A stretch of 64,000 nt of DNA from the NCBI RefSeq assembly GCF_004010195.1, contig NC_057755.1, forward strand, positions 10,394,954 to 10,458,953. Reading direction: 5' to 3'. The stretch comes from Chiloscyllium plagiosum. Taxonomy: Eukaryota. Positions 27,060 to 40,084 of the stretch are shown in pieces. Below the pieces are notes generated by a model that had not been told where the DNA came from, made no database searches, and saw only the letters and a list, made by a program, of their open reading frames with translations. Both the position numbers and the translations under genes were made by a program. Positions within the stretch are counted from its first letter, which is position 1. The number at the start of each line of letters is the position of its first letter.

Positions 27060-28000
27060 TTTTGGAATTCAGAATAGCCGTCACAAATGTCATGTATTGC
27101 GCAACATTACATCCTAACTCATGTAAATAATTTCTGAACTCTCTCCAAGTTGGTAATATTGTTCCTACAACAGGTCGACCAGATTAAGCCTCACCAACGT
27201 CCTGTACAGTGCAAAATGACTGCCCTGTACTCAATGGTTCAGCTCCGAAGGCAAGCATGCTTCACTACCATGTCTACATGTGATACAACTTTCAATGAAC
27301 TATGTACATAAATATCAAGGCTGTCTGTTCAACAACAATCCCCAGAGCCCTACTATTAACTCTGTAACTCCTGCCAGTGTTTTTCTTACCAAAACGCAGC
27401 ACCTTGCTTTCATCTAAATAAAACTCCAACTGCCACATCCGGCTTATTTGCCCAATTGATCAAGCCCCCTTTTTAATCTAAGATTACTGTCCTCATTTTC
27501 TACTGGACCAGTGAGATTGGTGTTATCCACAAACTTACGAAACATGCTTCTGATTTTCTCATCTAAATAATTCATATAAATAACAGATTACAGTGGACCC
27601 CACACCAACATCTGCAGCACACCACTCATCACAGGCCTCCAGTCGGAAAAATACAACTCTCCCTGTTCTCTTTCATCTCCTTTGTCACATCCTCCAAAAA
27701 CTCAACCAAATTTGTGAGGCACGATTTCCTTATTCATTCCTTGCCTCACTACCTGTAGGTAAATCCTGTCTCTCAGCAACCCCTCCTTCAACTAATCCAC
27801 CACTGACATTGGACGTCAATAATCCCCTGTCTTCTCCTTTCTTTCTTAAAGGCACAACATTAGCTACCCTCCAGTCTTCCAAACCCATGGTTGTCGATGA
27901 CACAAATGTCTCTACTCTGGGTCCCACAATTTCTTCCCTAGCGCCCACAATGTCCTGGATACACATGATCGCTTTATGTCACCTTTGTCGAGATCTAACA
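27060..28000 (-). mobile_element. Old CR1 fragments
   Basis: EDWRVANVVPLRKKG (ORF 27730-27966). Confidence 0.65.
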
Positions 28001-28224
28001 TGATTTCTGAAAACATCAATCTAATAGCTTCTTAGTCCTCTACTAGGCAATGAGACCAGCCCACAGTTTTCCAATCTTTCTTTACAACTGACCTGCTTTA
28101 ACATATCTTGCAGTGTCTAATTTTTATTTGAGATTGGTTGACTTGAGATGTATCAGCAAGGGCCAATACCTGATACTCTTACACGAGACGAGTGATACTC
28201 ATGTTGAACGACTTCATTTTGGTT

Positions 28225-28919
28225 TGTTCTGGACCAGTCTAGACCACCTCAAAACATTTCAAGCAAGTAGCTCGGACCCTAAATTGGATCAATGTTTTAA
28301 GCAGGTGTATGGTGGATATTCCAGGCGTGATACAGCTGGAATACCCACTTAATTTTAAACAAACCAGAATGTATTCACAAGTATGACTCTATGATTACCG
28401 AATGAAAAACAAACAAGAGAACAGAATACAGAATAACTTAACTGATCCGAATACTCAACAGATTATCCCAACTTAATGATGCTGTACCAAATTTCTGCAA
28501 CAATCTCCATAAACACAGCCTCAGCAAAAAAAAAAAAGAAGTGAAATCAATTACAGCGTATTACAGGAGTGATAGAGATGGCAGCGATATTCAGCATGAA
28601 CATCCTATTCCATGTAGATGTTTCTTGGACCAGCTGCCTCAAAACTGACCGCCTGAGTTCAGTGATCCGCCAGACCGCTGAAACCCAAACCAAACCAGAG
28701 CAGATGTGAGCTGGAAGGACTGGCCACTCCCCTTCCATTGAGCAAGTATTTTCCTTAAACCACTTGAAAGCATTTTGTCTGAGGCTGTATCTGTTAACTG
28801 TGATTAAATTAACTTAGCAACCCTTCACACATAAAACTTACACAATTGCTGCTTTTTGCACATCGCTGAAAAAAGAGCCAAGGACAGCATAACCTTGTTA
28901 AAGGAGTAGCATTATTACA
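28225..28919. mobile_element. Solo LTR related to the Gmr1-like element LTRs
   Basis: TG...CA, flanks GGTT/GATT; start resembles 62176-62230 and 51823-51870; end (gagccaagga...) resembles 55640-55683. Confidence 0.6.
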
Positions 28920-29163
28920 GATTTATTAAAAATGTTTTGTTCCAGACAAGTAGGTTGTATCAGTGGGGTTAAAGCATAAATATTGTTTGTTGTGATTTAT
29001 CCACGATTAAGTTTGTGATGCTTCAAATTTTGTAAAACTGGCATCGTGGACAAATGAAATAACTGAAACTCAAGGCATCAGTAACATTTGGAAAATGCTC
29101 GGATGATAAACGTTTGAATAGCACCACTAATGTCATGTTCTACAATTTACAGCAATCAAGGCA

Positions 29164-29260
29164 ATGAAGTGGATAATGGGAGCTTCTCTCTACCTCACAA
29201 TCGCAGCTCTTTTATGCTTAGGAACAGAAATCGATTTTGCAACTTCAAACAATGAGAAAG
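29164..29260 (+). CDS. Candidate first coding exon A2 (exon 29153-29260): MKWIMGASLYLTIAALLCLGTEIDFATSNNEK, signal-peptide-like
   Basis: tttacag| acceptor, AAG|GTAGAT donor, 108 nt, phase 1; n-region MK plus hydrophobic core; shares C18, TE-D and SNNEK with A1. Confidence 0.55.
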
Positions 29261-29957
29261 GTAGATCACTCTTTAGATGAAGACGTATTTGAGATATTTT
29301 TCACATCATTAGCACTGGAAATATTCAAATTGCAATAACAAGGAATGCCTTTTTAGCGATGATTCTATCTTTATTCAAGATTGACAAGCACATATTTTCA
29401 TCCTGCATGTTTTTGTTTACACAAACTAACATTCACGTAAAAATTTCTCATTTTCAAAATTCTTTTTATGTAATTCAATTTTAAAATATGTGGAAAAAAA
29501 ACAGATTAAAATGTTCTTCAAAATTTCTTGCTGTTTTCAGATTTGATATTAAATGACTGTATAAATGTGTTTAACAATGCATGTTCTTTTCCTCATGGAC
29601 ATTTTTTTCTGTATGTCTACGTGTGTGTTTTCATTAGATAAAAGTTCTCGATGGTGCAAGTGTTTAAATACTGTGTCTATATGTAGGGCTATTTCTGTGA
29701 ACACAAGGGTTTCTCAACATTACGGGCATGCTTCCTACAAAGCAAGTTCTGAAATCTAAAGGAGCTTATGCTTCCCAATCCATCCATGATTATGCATAAC
29801 AATTGGAAATTGACTTTGAAGGCATTGAATAAAACCTGGAATCTGAGCTCGTTGAAGTTCCAGGCATAAGAAAAATGAATCAATCTCAATTAAATGCAAA
29901 ATTGAAATAAGCTACATGAATAACAACTGACAGAAAAATGTTCCATTTTTTATATAG

Positions 29958-30128
29958 GACAGGACGCTACTGTGGGAAAGGGTGACGTAAACATCATTTG
30001 TTTGATTATTATCATCGTAAATTTCATGCTCGTTGAGATTTGTCACTATTCAAAGCAAACACGAAATCACAGAAACTATTGTGAAGAAATGCCATTCCAA
30101 CAATCCTGGCAAAGACATGAAGCTGAAG
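29958..30128 (+). CDS. Candidate exon B2 (171 nt): GQDATVGKGDVNIICLIIIIVNFMLVEICHYSKQTRNHRNYCEEMPFQQSWQRHEAE
   Basis: ttttttatatag| and AAG|GTACAA; phase 1-1, open, in frame with A2. Confidence 0.5.
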
Positions 30129-30736
30129 GTACAAATAGTGAAATAAGGGCAATATTAACTTTTCTCAATCTGTTTATTCTCCGAAGCCGCCTTTACATAA
30201 CAAACTGGCAGCTAAAATCTGGTCTATTTTGAGTACATGTGGTACAATTATTCCCAAACCTTGTTTGACAGCATGTATATTTGCCTCATGAAAAAGGCAC
30301 CACCGAAGTTTTTCCACATTTACAGTTACATAAAATGGGACATCATCATTGATTAGATTTTGCTTAGTGTATCATTTCTATTCTCGATTGCTGAAAAAGT
30401 AACAAAGTATGATATAACTTTGAAGTTGTAATTTTATGGTTCTTACAGTTGTTCAGATTGACAGTAATTTTGCAACCACTTATGCCAACATGTTATGAGG
30501 AAAGAATTGAACCACATTTGAGTGATGTGAATATTTGCATAACAATTATTCTGAAAGACAACTGTCAACATATAAATCGCTAAAAATATTGACACTGGGA
30601 AAAAAATCCTATTGGAGTAAACAAAGATGACAATCAGAACATTACTTCCTGCAAAACTGCAATGCGATTGGATTGCTGGAATTGCAAGGCAAGAAAAACT
30701 AATTGCTGAAATAATTGCTTACAAATATCTCAGAGA

Positions 30737-32783
30737 CTGGACGTAAGTTTGCTTGCTGAGCTGGAAGGTTCGTTACAGATGTTTCACCACCCTATTATGT
30801 ATCATCATCAGTGAGCCTCCAGAAGAAGCACTTGTGGTATGGTCCGCATTTTCGATATGTGTTTAGGTTTCGTCGGGTTGGTGGCGTCATTTCCTGTGGT
30901 GACGTCATTTTCCGCGGTGATGTCTCTTCCTCTTCTTTTTCTCAAGAGATGGTAACTGAGTTCCAATTCAATGTGTTTGTTGATAGAGTTCCGGCTGGAA
31001 TACCATGCTTCCACGAATTCTCACGTGAGTCTCTGTTTGGTTTCTCCGAGGATGGATGTCATGTCCCTGTCGAAGTGGTGTCCTTTCTCATCTGTTTGTA
31101 ACGATACTAGTGGGAGTGGGTCATGTCTTTTTGTGGCTAGTTGATGTTCATATATCTTGGTATCACTTTTTCTGCTTGCTCGTCCAATTTAGTGTTTGTT
31201 ACAGGTCTTCCGAGTTATTTGCTAAATGACATTGGTTCTGCTTATTGTCTGTATAACGGCTTTCAAATACATTAGCTGCTGTTTTAGTGTGTTGGTGGGT
31301 TTGTGGCCAAGAGATCTGATTAGTCTGGCAATCATTTCCGAGTTGTCTTTGATGTAGGGAGAGTGGCTCGGGTTTCTGGATGTGTTTTGTCTGCTTCTTT
31401 GGGTTTGTCTCTGAGAAATTGGCAGACTGTGTTCGTTGAGTACCCTTTTTTTTTAATTCATTGTATAGGTGATTTTCCTCTACTCTTCATTGTTTCTCTG
31501 TGCTGCAGTGTGTGGTGGCTCATTGAAATAAAATTCTAATGCAGCTTCGTTTGTGGATGTTGGGATGATTGCTTCTGCAATTCAGTATTTGGTCTGTATC
31601 TGTTCTTTTCCTGTCGACGCTGGTTTGAAGTTTTCCATTAGCTGGTCACTCCACTTTGATATCTATGAATAGCAGTTTGTTGATGTTTTCCAATTCTTTA
31701 GTGCATTTTATGCCAGTAAGGGTAATACTGCTGGTATTATTATTAATGAAAGACCATCGAAAATACCCTTACTGGCATAATATTCAATAAAGAGGAGGAA
31801 AATGACAACGAACTGCCATTCCTAGCTGTCTCAGTAGAGGGAACAGCCAATGGGGAACCTCAAACCTGCGTCTACAGGAAAACAGCACATACGGATCAAA
31901 TACTGGACTGCAAAAGCAATCCTCCCAAACGAAGCTGTATTAGAACATTAATTTTCAATGACCCACCACAAACTGTACCACAGAGGAACTACGAAGAGCA
32001 GAGTAAAATTACCTATACAGTGTATTCAAAAAGAACGGACACAGTCCGCCCATTTCTCAGCAACAACCCGAAATAAGCAGTCAAAACACGTCCAGAAAGT
32101 CTTGCCACTCTCCCATTTATCAATGACATCTAGGAAATGACGGCCAGACTACTCAGACCACTTGGCATCATGGTAGCCCACAAACCCACCAATACACTAA
32201 AGCAGCAGTTAATGAACTTGAAGCGTCCTATACAGACAACAAGCAAAACCAATGGCATTTACAAAATACCTTGCAAGTACTGTAACAAACACTACTTTGG
32301 ACAATCAGGCAGAAAACTAGCCACCAGGCTACATGAACATCAACCAGCCACAAAAAAGCATGACCCACTGTCACTAGTATCTTTACATACAGACGACGAA
32401 GGACACCACGTCGACAGAGACAACACACCCATCCTCAGACTAGCCAAACAGAAACATGCACGAGAATTCTTCGAAGCATGACACTCCAACATGTATCTAC
32501 AAACACACACATTGACTTGGATCCCATTTACCACCTCCTGTGATAAAGGCCAGGAAATGACATCACCATACGAAATGACATCAGTAGAAGTGACATCACC
32601 AAGCCTACGAAACCTAAACACATAATTGAAATGCGGGCCATGCAACCAGCAATATATCCGGAGGCTCACTAATGATGTTAGCTGGTATGGTGACAAAACG
32701 TCCGAAACCGAACCTTCCCATTCAGCGAGCAAACCTGCATCCAGAACCTCAACCTGAGCTACAAATCTTATCAAAACTTGCTA
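30737..32783. mobile_element. Penelope-like element, head-to-head inverted duplication (left arm -, right arm +)
   Basis: ORF 32137-32481 GIYKIPCKYCNKHYFGQSGRKLATRLHEH; 30745-31735 is a diverged reverse complement of ~31760-32740; degenerate hammerheads at ~30778-30814 (-) and ~32667-32705 (+). Confidence 0.9.
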
Positions 32784-35416
32784 ATCTGAGAATCTTTTTA
32801 AGATATTGTTAACTAAATCTATTGCACTGCAATGCTTAGTTTTGAATAAGCAATTAATGCAAAAACATATAGAGTTTGTAATTCAATACCTTGAGTTGAT
32901 TCTTTACTTTCTAACAAGAATATAAGAGCCCGAAAAAATGGCGAACGGGAAATCAATTTCAATTGTTCAGGCTGCAGATGCAGAAACAGCACAAATCCTG
33001 AAGTTTGGGAATAGATACAAAGATCAGCAAACAGCCAGAAATTACCTTGGAAGAGTAACTAAAATGGAATACAAAAGGGACTTGTCAGGGACATCAAAAA
33101 GACAAGAAATGTATTCCTTGCATAAAGGATGTAAAGGAGCAATAAAGGCTGAAAGTGGGGAATTTCGATGACGATTGGGAAAAGCCAGACCTATTGAATG
33201 ATTACTTTTCCTAAGTAATTACAGTCAAAAATGTCATTTTGCGAAACATTAATTACCTTCTTCCATCCTATTATCATTCAGAAAGTCAAAGGTAGGTCAA
33301 GAAATAGAGGCGAGAGCAAGTTGCAGGGTTAGGTAAAATTACGACATTTAAAATTTATTTCGAGAAGGACACAGATTGGAAATGTTCAGAGGGCTATAGG
33401 CCAAATGCAGGCGAATGGGACTGGTATAAATTGTGAACCGAGTTGAATCACAGGGTCTCGTTCTGTGTTTTATGACTTTATATTTCTAGATTATTATTAG
33501 AGGTCAGGTCTGCGGAACATTCTATTTCTACCCATCGAATGTGATATAAGAAAGTTTCAATGCGATTCCTTCATTTTAAACCTTCAGTATAAATTTCAGT
33601 GAAATTTTGTTAGGATTGGACACTGCATCAGGGCAAGAAATGTATATTCCAGTGGATAAAAGGCAACGGACAGGAAAGATCAAAGATTATCTCAGGAACA
33701 GGAAGGAATAGATAACTAAACAACGAATGTTTATTTCACTAAAATACTACATTACGTTGGGTCCCAATCCAATCACTTTTTATTTCCTTGTTTTAATGCT
33801 GTCTATAACGTGTTGAAAGTGCGGAACGGAGTGCAGAAACTTGACAACAGTACGGTAATGTCACAATCGTTGATACGGAATGAGATAGTTTTTGTCTGCA
33901 GGAATTAGTTAAGACAGTTGAGTGGAACAGTACCAAATGCAGCAGAGCCAGAAAAGTTTGAGATCCTACATTGTGGGAAGTTTTGACGGGTAGTGGAATT
34001 ATCAATAAATGACTGGATTTTGAAAGTCTTACAAGAACCGAACAATATCTGTGCAAAGGTAAAGTTACAGACGTGCTCTCGAGTTGAGGGCGTTGACGCG
34101 TGGTAGTGTGACCAGATGGTCACTACACCTCAGGGAAGGGGAGAGGTTGAGAAAGACAGCTTTACAATGGCAACCTGATCTGATGGAAGAAATTAATGGT
34201 GGCATCACTAACCGTTCACGAATCCAACTGAGCTAAGTACTTACATCACACATTCATTTGACAGATAGATGAGGTAGTGACAGTCAGGGAGAATATGTAA
34301 ACTACTAAAAGAGAAATTATTGGAAAAGTTCAGCAGATCTGGCAGGCACTGTGTAGAGAATTCAGTTAATATTTCTGGTTGAGAGACTATTGTTCAAAAG
34401 TGAAGAAAGATATGACATTGATATCTGAAACAAAGAACGAAATTAATGCAGGCTCATGTTAAAATTGTAAGAAGCACAAATACACCATTGTGTTCTATTT
34501 TCCGATTGTTCATAGTGTGGAAAAATGCGAATGCATTGGAGAGCAATATTACATGCATGTTTTGCGCGCAGAGGAATATTACACCTGCAAGCAGTTAAGA
34601 AAGACTGTATGTCCCGAGATGCTCAAATTTTAATACTGGACAATTAAATGATAACGAAATGCAGTGTGTAAAACACCATCATGGCAACAGATATTGTGGA
34701 CCAAGAAAGAAATCAAATTCCTTTGAGTGATTGAAATGCAAACGTAGAAAATAATTGAAAGATAATTGTACAAATACAAATTACTAAGTACCTTCTCAAC
34801 GATCAGAACATTTTAATTATTTTACTGAATATGGATATTTCAAAACAAAAACAAGAGTTAGCACAGAACGTTGCTTCAGAGTACAGTGTGATGAGTGTGC
34901 TCGAATCGGAAGGCAAAAGAAAAAAATAATAGTTGGCCATCTTGTTTGCAAAGCCTTCGGTAAAGAATTCAGATCATAAATTTGTAACACGTTGATAATT
35001 AGATTATTTGACATTCGATCATCAATTTTCAATATATACACACATAACTGCAAAGCATAAATAGCTTGCGGTTCAATGTCTTTGAGTTCGTTCTCCACTT
35101 TCAAACTTTCAAATTAAAAATTCAGCAAAAATGAAGTTCAGAACGGCCATCTATTCTACATGTTTGTATTATTTAAGCATGTTTTCGAAGTTTCTTGTTT
35201 CACAAATAGAATACGCCGTCCTGTGAGGGCAAGATGAAATATAATTGTGGCAGGCAGAATGCAGAATGATACACCCTCGCCTATTCACTGTTGGAAACCC
35301 GGAACAAAGTACTTCATTGAGCCTGTTGAGAATGTCATTGAGCTTTGAAGTTATAACTTTATGAGTTGTGCAGTTCTTCAGACTGAAAGCAATTTTACAA
35401 ACATCTAATTTAACGG

Positions 35417-35482
35417 GATCTGAAGTGAGCACCCAAAAATCTTGGAGTGATTTCACTGCAGGCATAAATGCTACTCCGAAAG
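35417..35482 (+). pseudogene. 66-nt exon copy c1 (GSEVSTQKSWSDFTAGINATPK), acceptor mutated
   Basis: ttaacGG instead of ttaacAG; donor AAG|GTAAAC intact; frame open; an internal CTGCAG could give a 21-nt exon 35462-35482. Confidence 0.4.
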
Positions 35483-37035
35483 GTAAACGTTAAACTATAA
35501 ATTGCTGAACATTTTCTCGACATTTCAAACAAATAGATAGCAAGTACAGCATTTTTTAACCAGAGATGACAGTCAGGACATTAATTTCTATAAAAGTGTA
35601 ATGCGATTAGAGTGCTGGAATAATAAGGTAAATAAATATAATTGCTGAACTTATTGTTTACAAGTATCTTGGAAAGCATTCAAAAGAGAAACTTTTAAGG
35701 TTTTGTTAACTTAATCGAGTGAGGTGTCATGACTATTACTGTGTAAGCGTGAACGATGAAAACAGGGACATATATAGTTTATAACTCAATTCATTTTAGT
35801 TAACTCTTCATTTTCTAAAGCGAGAATGAGAATAGGAAAGAAACTGTCGTCAGGGAAATAAACTTCAAATGATTCGTCTACATATGTAATTATCACACAC
35901 CTCCTGATGATTAGGAAAAGATTCAAAGAACATAAACAACCAGAAAGGAGCTTGTATGTGCTGCCTAAATGGAATATGAAAGGAAACGTGCCAGGGACAT
36001 CAAAACGCTAAGAAATGTTGTATTTTTAAAGCAAGATCAGGAGAAATGGTTGCTCATGAAAGGTTGAATGTGCAGCATTGTGGATGACAGCGGGGAAAGT
36101 GCAGACCCGTTGAAATTTCTTTACCCAAATATGGACATTTGGAAATATTATTTTATGAAATATTCATTATCCTCCTCCCTCTTTTTATGACTCAGGATCA
36201 CAAATATTGATCAAACTAATCAGCATCAAGAACAAGTTGTAGAATCAGGTACAATTACAACATTTAAATGATACTTGGAGAGGGACACGAATAGGAAATG
36301 TTGAGAGGGATATGGGCCAAACGCAAGCGAAAAGGACTGCTTTAATTGGTGAAATGAATTTGATCACAGGGTCTCTCTCTGTGTTGCATGATTCGATGAG
36401 CCTAGATGTGAGTCGATGGTCATTTCTGTCTCACGTTCTGTTTCTCCCCATCAAATGCGATATAAGAAAGTATCGACAAGGTAACTTCTTTTTATACACT
36501 CAATTTAAATTACAGTGATTTTTTGTTATGATTGCAACGACCATCAGGGCATGAGATATAAAGCCAAGATTATACAAGACAAAGGGACCGGAGAGATCGA
36601 AGATTATCTCAGCAGAAGGAAGGGACGGATAACAAGCAATGCATGTTTATTTCACTACAATGCCGCATTCTTTTGGTTTCGACGCCAGTCTCTTTTTATT
36701 GTCATTATTTTTAGGTTATCGATATGGATTTAAAAGTGCTGAGCGAATTCAGAAAATTGAAAACGGTACAGAAATGTCACGGCAGTTGATACTGAATGAG
36801 AAAGTTTTAGTCTGCAGCAATTGCTTGAGATAGTTAAGCAAAGACTGAATGGTTTGAAATGGTACGTTGAAGGATGTTTTGAAAGGAGGTCGAGTTATCA
36901 ATGGATGACCAGATTTTGAAAGTTTTACGGGGACCAAGCAATCTCAGTGTCAAGATCAAGTCAACACAGTCCTCCTCTAACTTGTTAAAAATCACACAAC
37001 ACCAGGTTATAGTCCAACAGGTTTACTTGGCAGCA

Positions 37036-37070
37036 CACTAGCTTTCGGAGCATCGCTCCTTCATCAGGTG
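37036..37070 (-). ncRNA. Minimal hammerhead ribozyme, intact core
   Basis: Reverse complement cac-CTGATGA-a-ggagc(gat)gctcc-GAAA-G-CTA-gtg; palindromic AGCT stem III, CUA triplet. Confidence 0.7.
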
Positions 37071-38077
37071 GTCGTGGAGGGTTAAATCCTAATAGGCAGA
37101 ATTTATAGCAAAAATTTACAGTGTGATGTAACTGAAATTATACATTGAAAAATTGATTGTCTATTAAGCCTTTCATCTGTTATAATACAGTGATAGTTTC
37201 ACTTCTTTCATGTGTAAATCACAAAATCTTTTTTTTAAAACGTTGCAGTCTGGGATTAGCTGTTAACAATGATGATAGCTAGACGATATGTTGAAGGTGT
37301 TGGCATGGAACACTGGGGAAACTGAACAAAGGCTATGACAATGGATGAATGGGGACCGCATAACAATTAACAGACAGGAGGTTAGCCTCCCAGTTGGGGA
37401 ACACTTCAGTGGTCCAGGACATTCAGCCTCGAACCTTCGGGTGACCGTACTCCAAGGTGTACTTCGGGACAGGCAGCAGAGAAAAGTGACAGAGCAGAGG
37501 CTGATAGCTAAGTTCCATACCCATAGGGAGGGCCTCAACAGGGACCTTGGTTTCTGTCACATTACACGTGACCACCATTACACTATACACACACACAGAC
37601 ACTTCTACACACACACACATACACACACACACACACTCACACACTCAGGCGCTCCTATACGCACACATATATTTTGTGGGGTGAATTTGTACTTGCAGGG
37701 TTGCATTGTACTTTGCTCAAAAACTACATGAGTTCCTGTAGAATTCTGAGCTTTAAAACTGCATGAATTCATGTAAAACTCCGTTATCTCACATTTTAGA
37801 TTAAAATCAATCTAAACGTCATGGCATAGACAGAGAACACGGGGGCCAACACCTTCAACATATTGTCTAGCTATCATCATTGTTAACAGCTAAGCTAAGA
37901 ATGCGACTTTGTTTTTAAAAAGGTTTTGGGATTTACACATGAAAGAAATCAAACTATCACGCTATTCTAACAGATGAAAGGCTGAAAGGACAATAAATTT
38001 TTCAATGTATAATTTCAGTTACACAACACTGAATTTTTGCTATAAATTCTACGTGTTAGGATTGATCCCTCCACTAC

Positions 38078-38112
38078 CACCTGATGAAGGAGCGACACTC
38101 CGAAAGCTGGTG
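38078..38112 (+). ncRNA. Hammerhead motif, probably inactive
   Basis: cac-CTGATGA-a-ggag(cgaca)ctcc-GAAA-G-CTG-gtg; G at the cleavage position violates the NUH rule. Confidence 0.55.
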
Positions 38113-39123
38113 TGCTTCCAATTAAACCTGTTGGACTACAACCTGGTGTTGTGTGATTTTTAACTTTGTACACCCCAGTTCATCACCGTCACCTACAAAT
38201 CATGCCTCCTCTAACTACTAATACTTCTCCCAGCGTGTCACCGCACCTCCGACAAGAGGATAAAGAGAGCCCCGCAATGTTAACAACGCTGGTGGAAAAA
38301 TTGAATGGTTAAACGTCTAACTGTTTATTAATCTACCTGAACTAACTGCTTACATCCCACATTTCACTTGATAGATAGGAGAGGTGGTCACCAATTCAGA
38401 TGAATTACAAGATAAAAAAAACTGTTTGAAAATCTAAGCATTTCTGGTGCATCTGTGGAGACAAATCAAAGTTAATATTTTGATTTGAGTGATCCTCACA
38501 CAGAATTGATAGAACGCATGACTTTGATATCAAAAGCAAAGAACAAAATTAGTGCAGAGCTATGTTAGAATTATAAAAAAAAAACACAGTCACAACGTTG
38601 TGTTCTATTCGACATAATGTGGAAGAATGTGACTTTATAGGATAGGGTGACTGCATGTATATTTTATAGACACCAGAATAGTATGCATAGAAAGAAAAGG
38701 ACAGCTGATATTCAGTTCAATGCTCACTGCTCTATAATCGATGAAGTTATGATAAGGAAATAGAGCGGGTGCAAAAATATCAAGACACCATATAATGGGA
38801 GAAAGTAAGTTATGATTCACCTTTAAGTGATACAAATACCCACATAAAAAAAGTATTCTAAAAGCTAAGTGTACAAATATAAATTGCTAAAAACCTTCCC
38901 AATATTCTAAAAAATTATGCTCTTTTAATGAATCTGAAAATTTTTAAACAAAAGGAAAATTTAGCACAGAAAGTTGCATAAGAACACAGTGTGATGACTG
39001 TGGTCGAATTGTAAGACAAAAGGAAAATATAATAGTTGGCATTACTGCTTGCAAATGCTTCAGGAAGGAACTGAAATCATAAATTTGTAGGAAATTGTTA
39101 ACTGGATTATTTGACATTCGATC

Positions 39124-39127
<4 letters not shown>

Positions 39128-39191
<64 letters not shown>
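39128..39191. repeat. (TA)n microsatellite
   Basis: Direct reading; paralogous to 44008-44052. Confidence 0.95.
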
Positions 39192-39195
<4 letters not shown>

Positions 39196-39534
39196 CATAA
39201 ATAATCTGCATTACAATTCATTTGAGTGATTCTCCACATTCAAACCAGAGAATGAATTCAGGAAAAATAAGGTTCAGAACGGCAACAATTTCACGTGTTG
39301 TATTACTGAAGCACGTTTTCAAACTTCTTTGCTTCACAAATAGAATGCACAGTCGTGTGAGGACAGGGTGATATACAATTGTCATAAGTAAAACGCAGAA
39401 TAATACTCCATCACCGTCGGAATAAAGTACATCATCGAGCCTGGATAGAATATGATTGATGAGTGAAGTTGTAATTTTGTAAGGTGTGTATCTTTTCAGC
39501 CACCCAGCAATGTTGCATACATTGATTTTAACAG

Positions 39535-39600
39535 CTTCCGAAGTGAGCACTCAAGCATCTTGGTGTGATTCGACTGCAGACATAAAAGATATTCCGAATG
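39535..39600 (+). CDS. Candidate 66-nt exon c2 (ASEVSTQASWCDSTADIKDIPN)
   Basis: ttttaacag| and ATG|GTGTGT; only the phase-1 frame is open. Confidence 0.45.
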
Positions 39601-40084
39601 GTGTGTGTTAAAATGCAAATTGACGATTATCTATTGGAAATTGCAAACAAATAGACTTCAATTACAGCATTAAAAAAACATAATAACAGTTAGGATATTA
39701 CTTTTTGTAAAACTATTAGTGATTAGAGTGCAGGCATTGTCATGTAAAATATTTGCTGAATTCATTGCCCCCAATAATTTCAGAAACAATTCGGCATATT
39801 AACATTTAAGGTATTGTTTATTCAATTGTTAACCAAACACATGGCTTTGGTACCTGAAGCAAAGAACAAAAGGAGTGCAGATTCATTTTACAATTGTGGA
39901 AAGCACAGATGCACCGTTGTGATCTACTTTCCTTAATGTGAAAGTATGTGACTGAAGGGAAGCATTTAGATTGTCACTCAGTTCCTTCGAGATCGTTTTA
40001 AAATTTCTTACCTGGGAGTAAGAGCAGGAAGTACAACCTTGGAAGGGAAATCAATATCAAAAGTTTGCAAAAACAACGAAGATC

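Larger units (their letters stand above)
36983..38204. mobile_element. Non-autonomous PLE with inverted termini and 12-bp TSD
   Basis: TSD CCTCCTCTAACT at 36971-36982 and 38205-38216; ~36985-37305 inverted to ~37845-38164; GIY-YIG remnant SLPVGEHFSGPGHSASNLRV. Confidence 0.9.

Noticed and set aside
16048..30128. SCPP-family secreted phosphoprotein genes
   Set aside because: SCPP introns are phase 0 with SxE-ending exons; these are phase 1
35210..35308. Additional exon after 'tttcacaaatag' in each downstream unit
   Set aside because: Stop codons in the frames checked (all three in the c5 copy), variable length and donor not conserved
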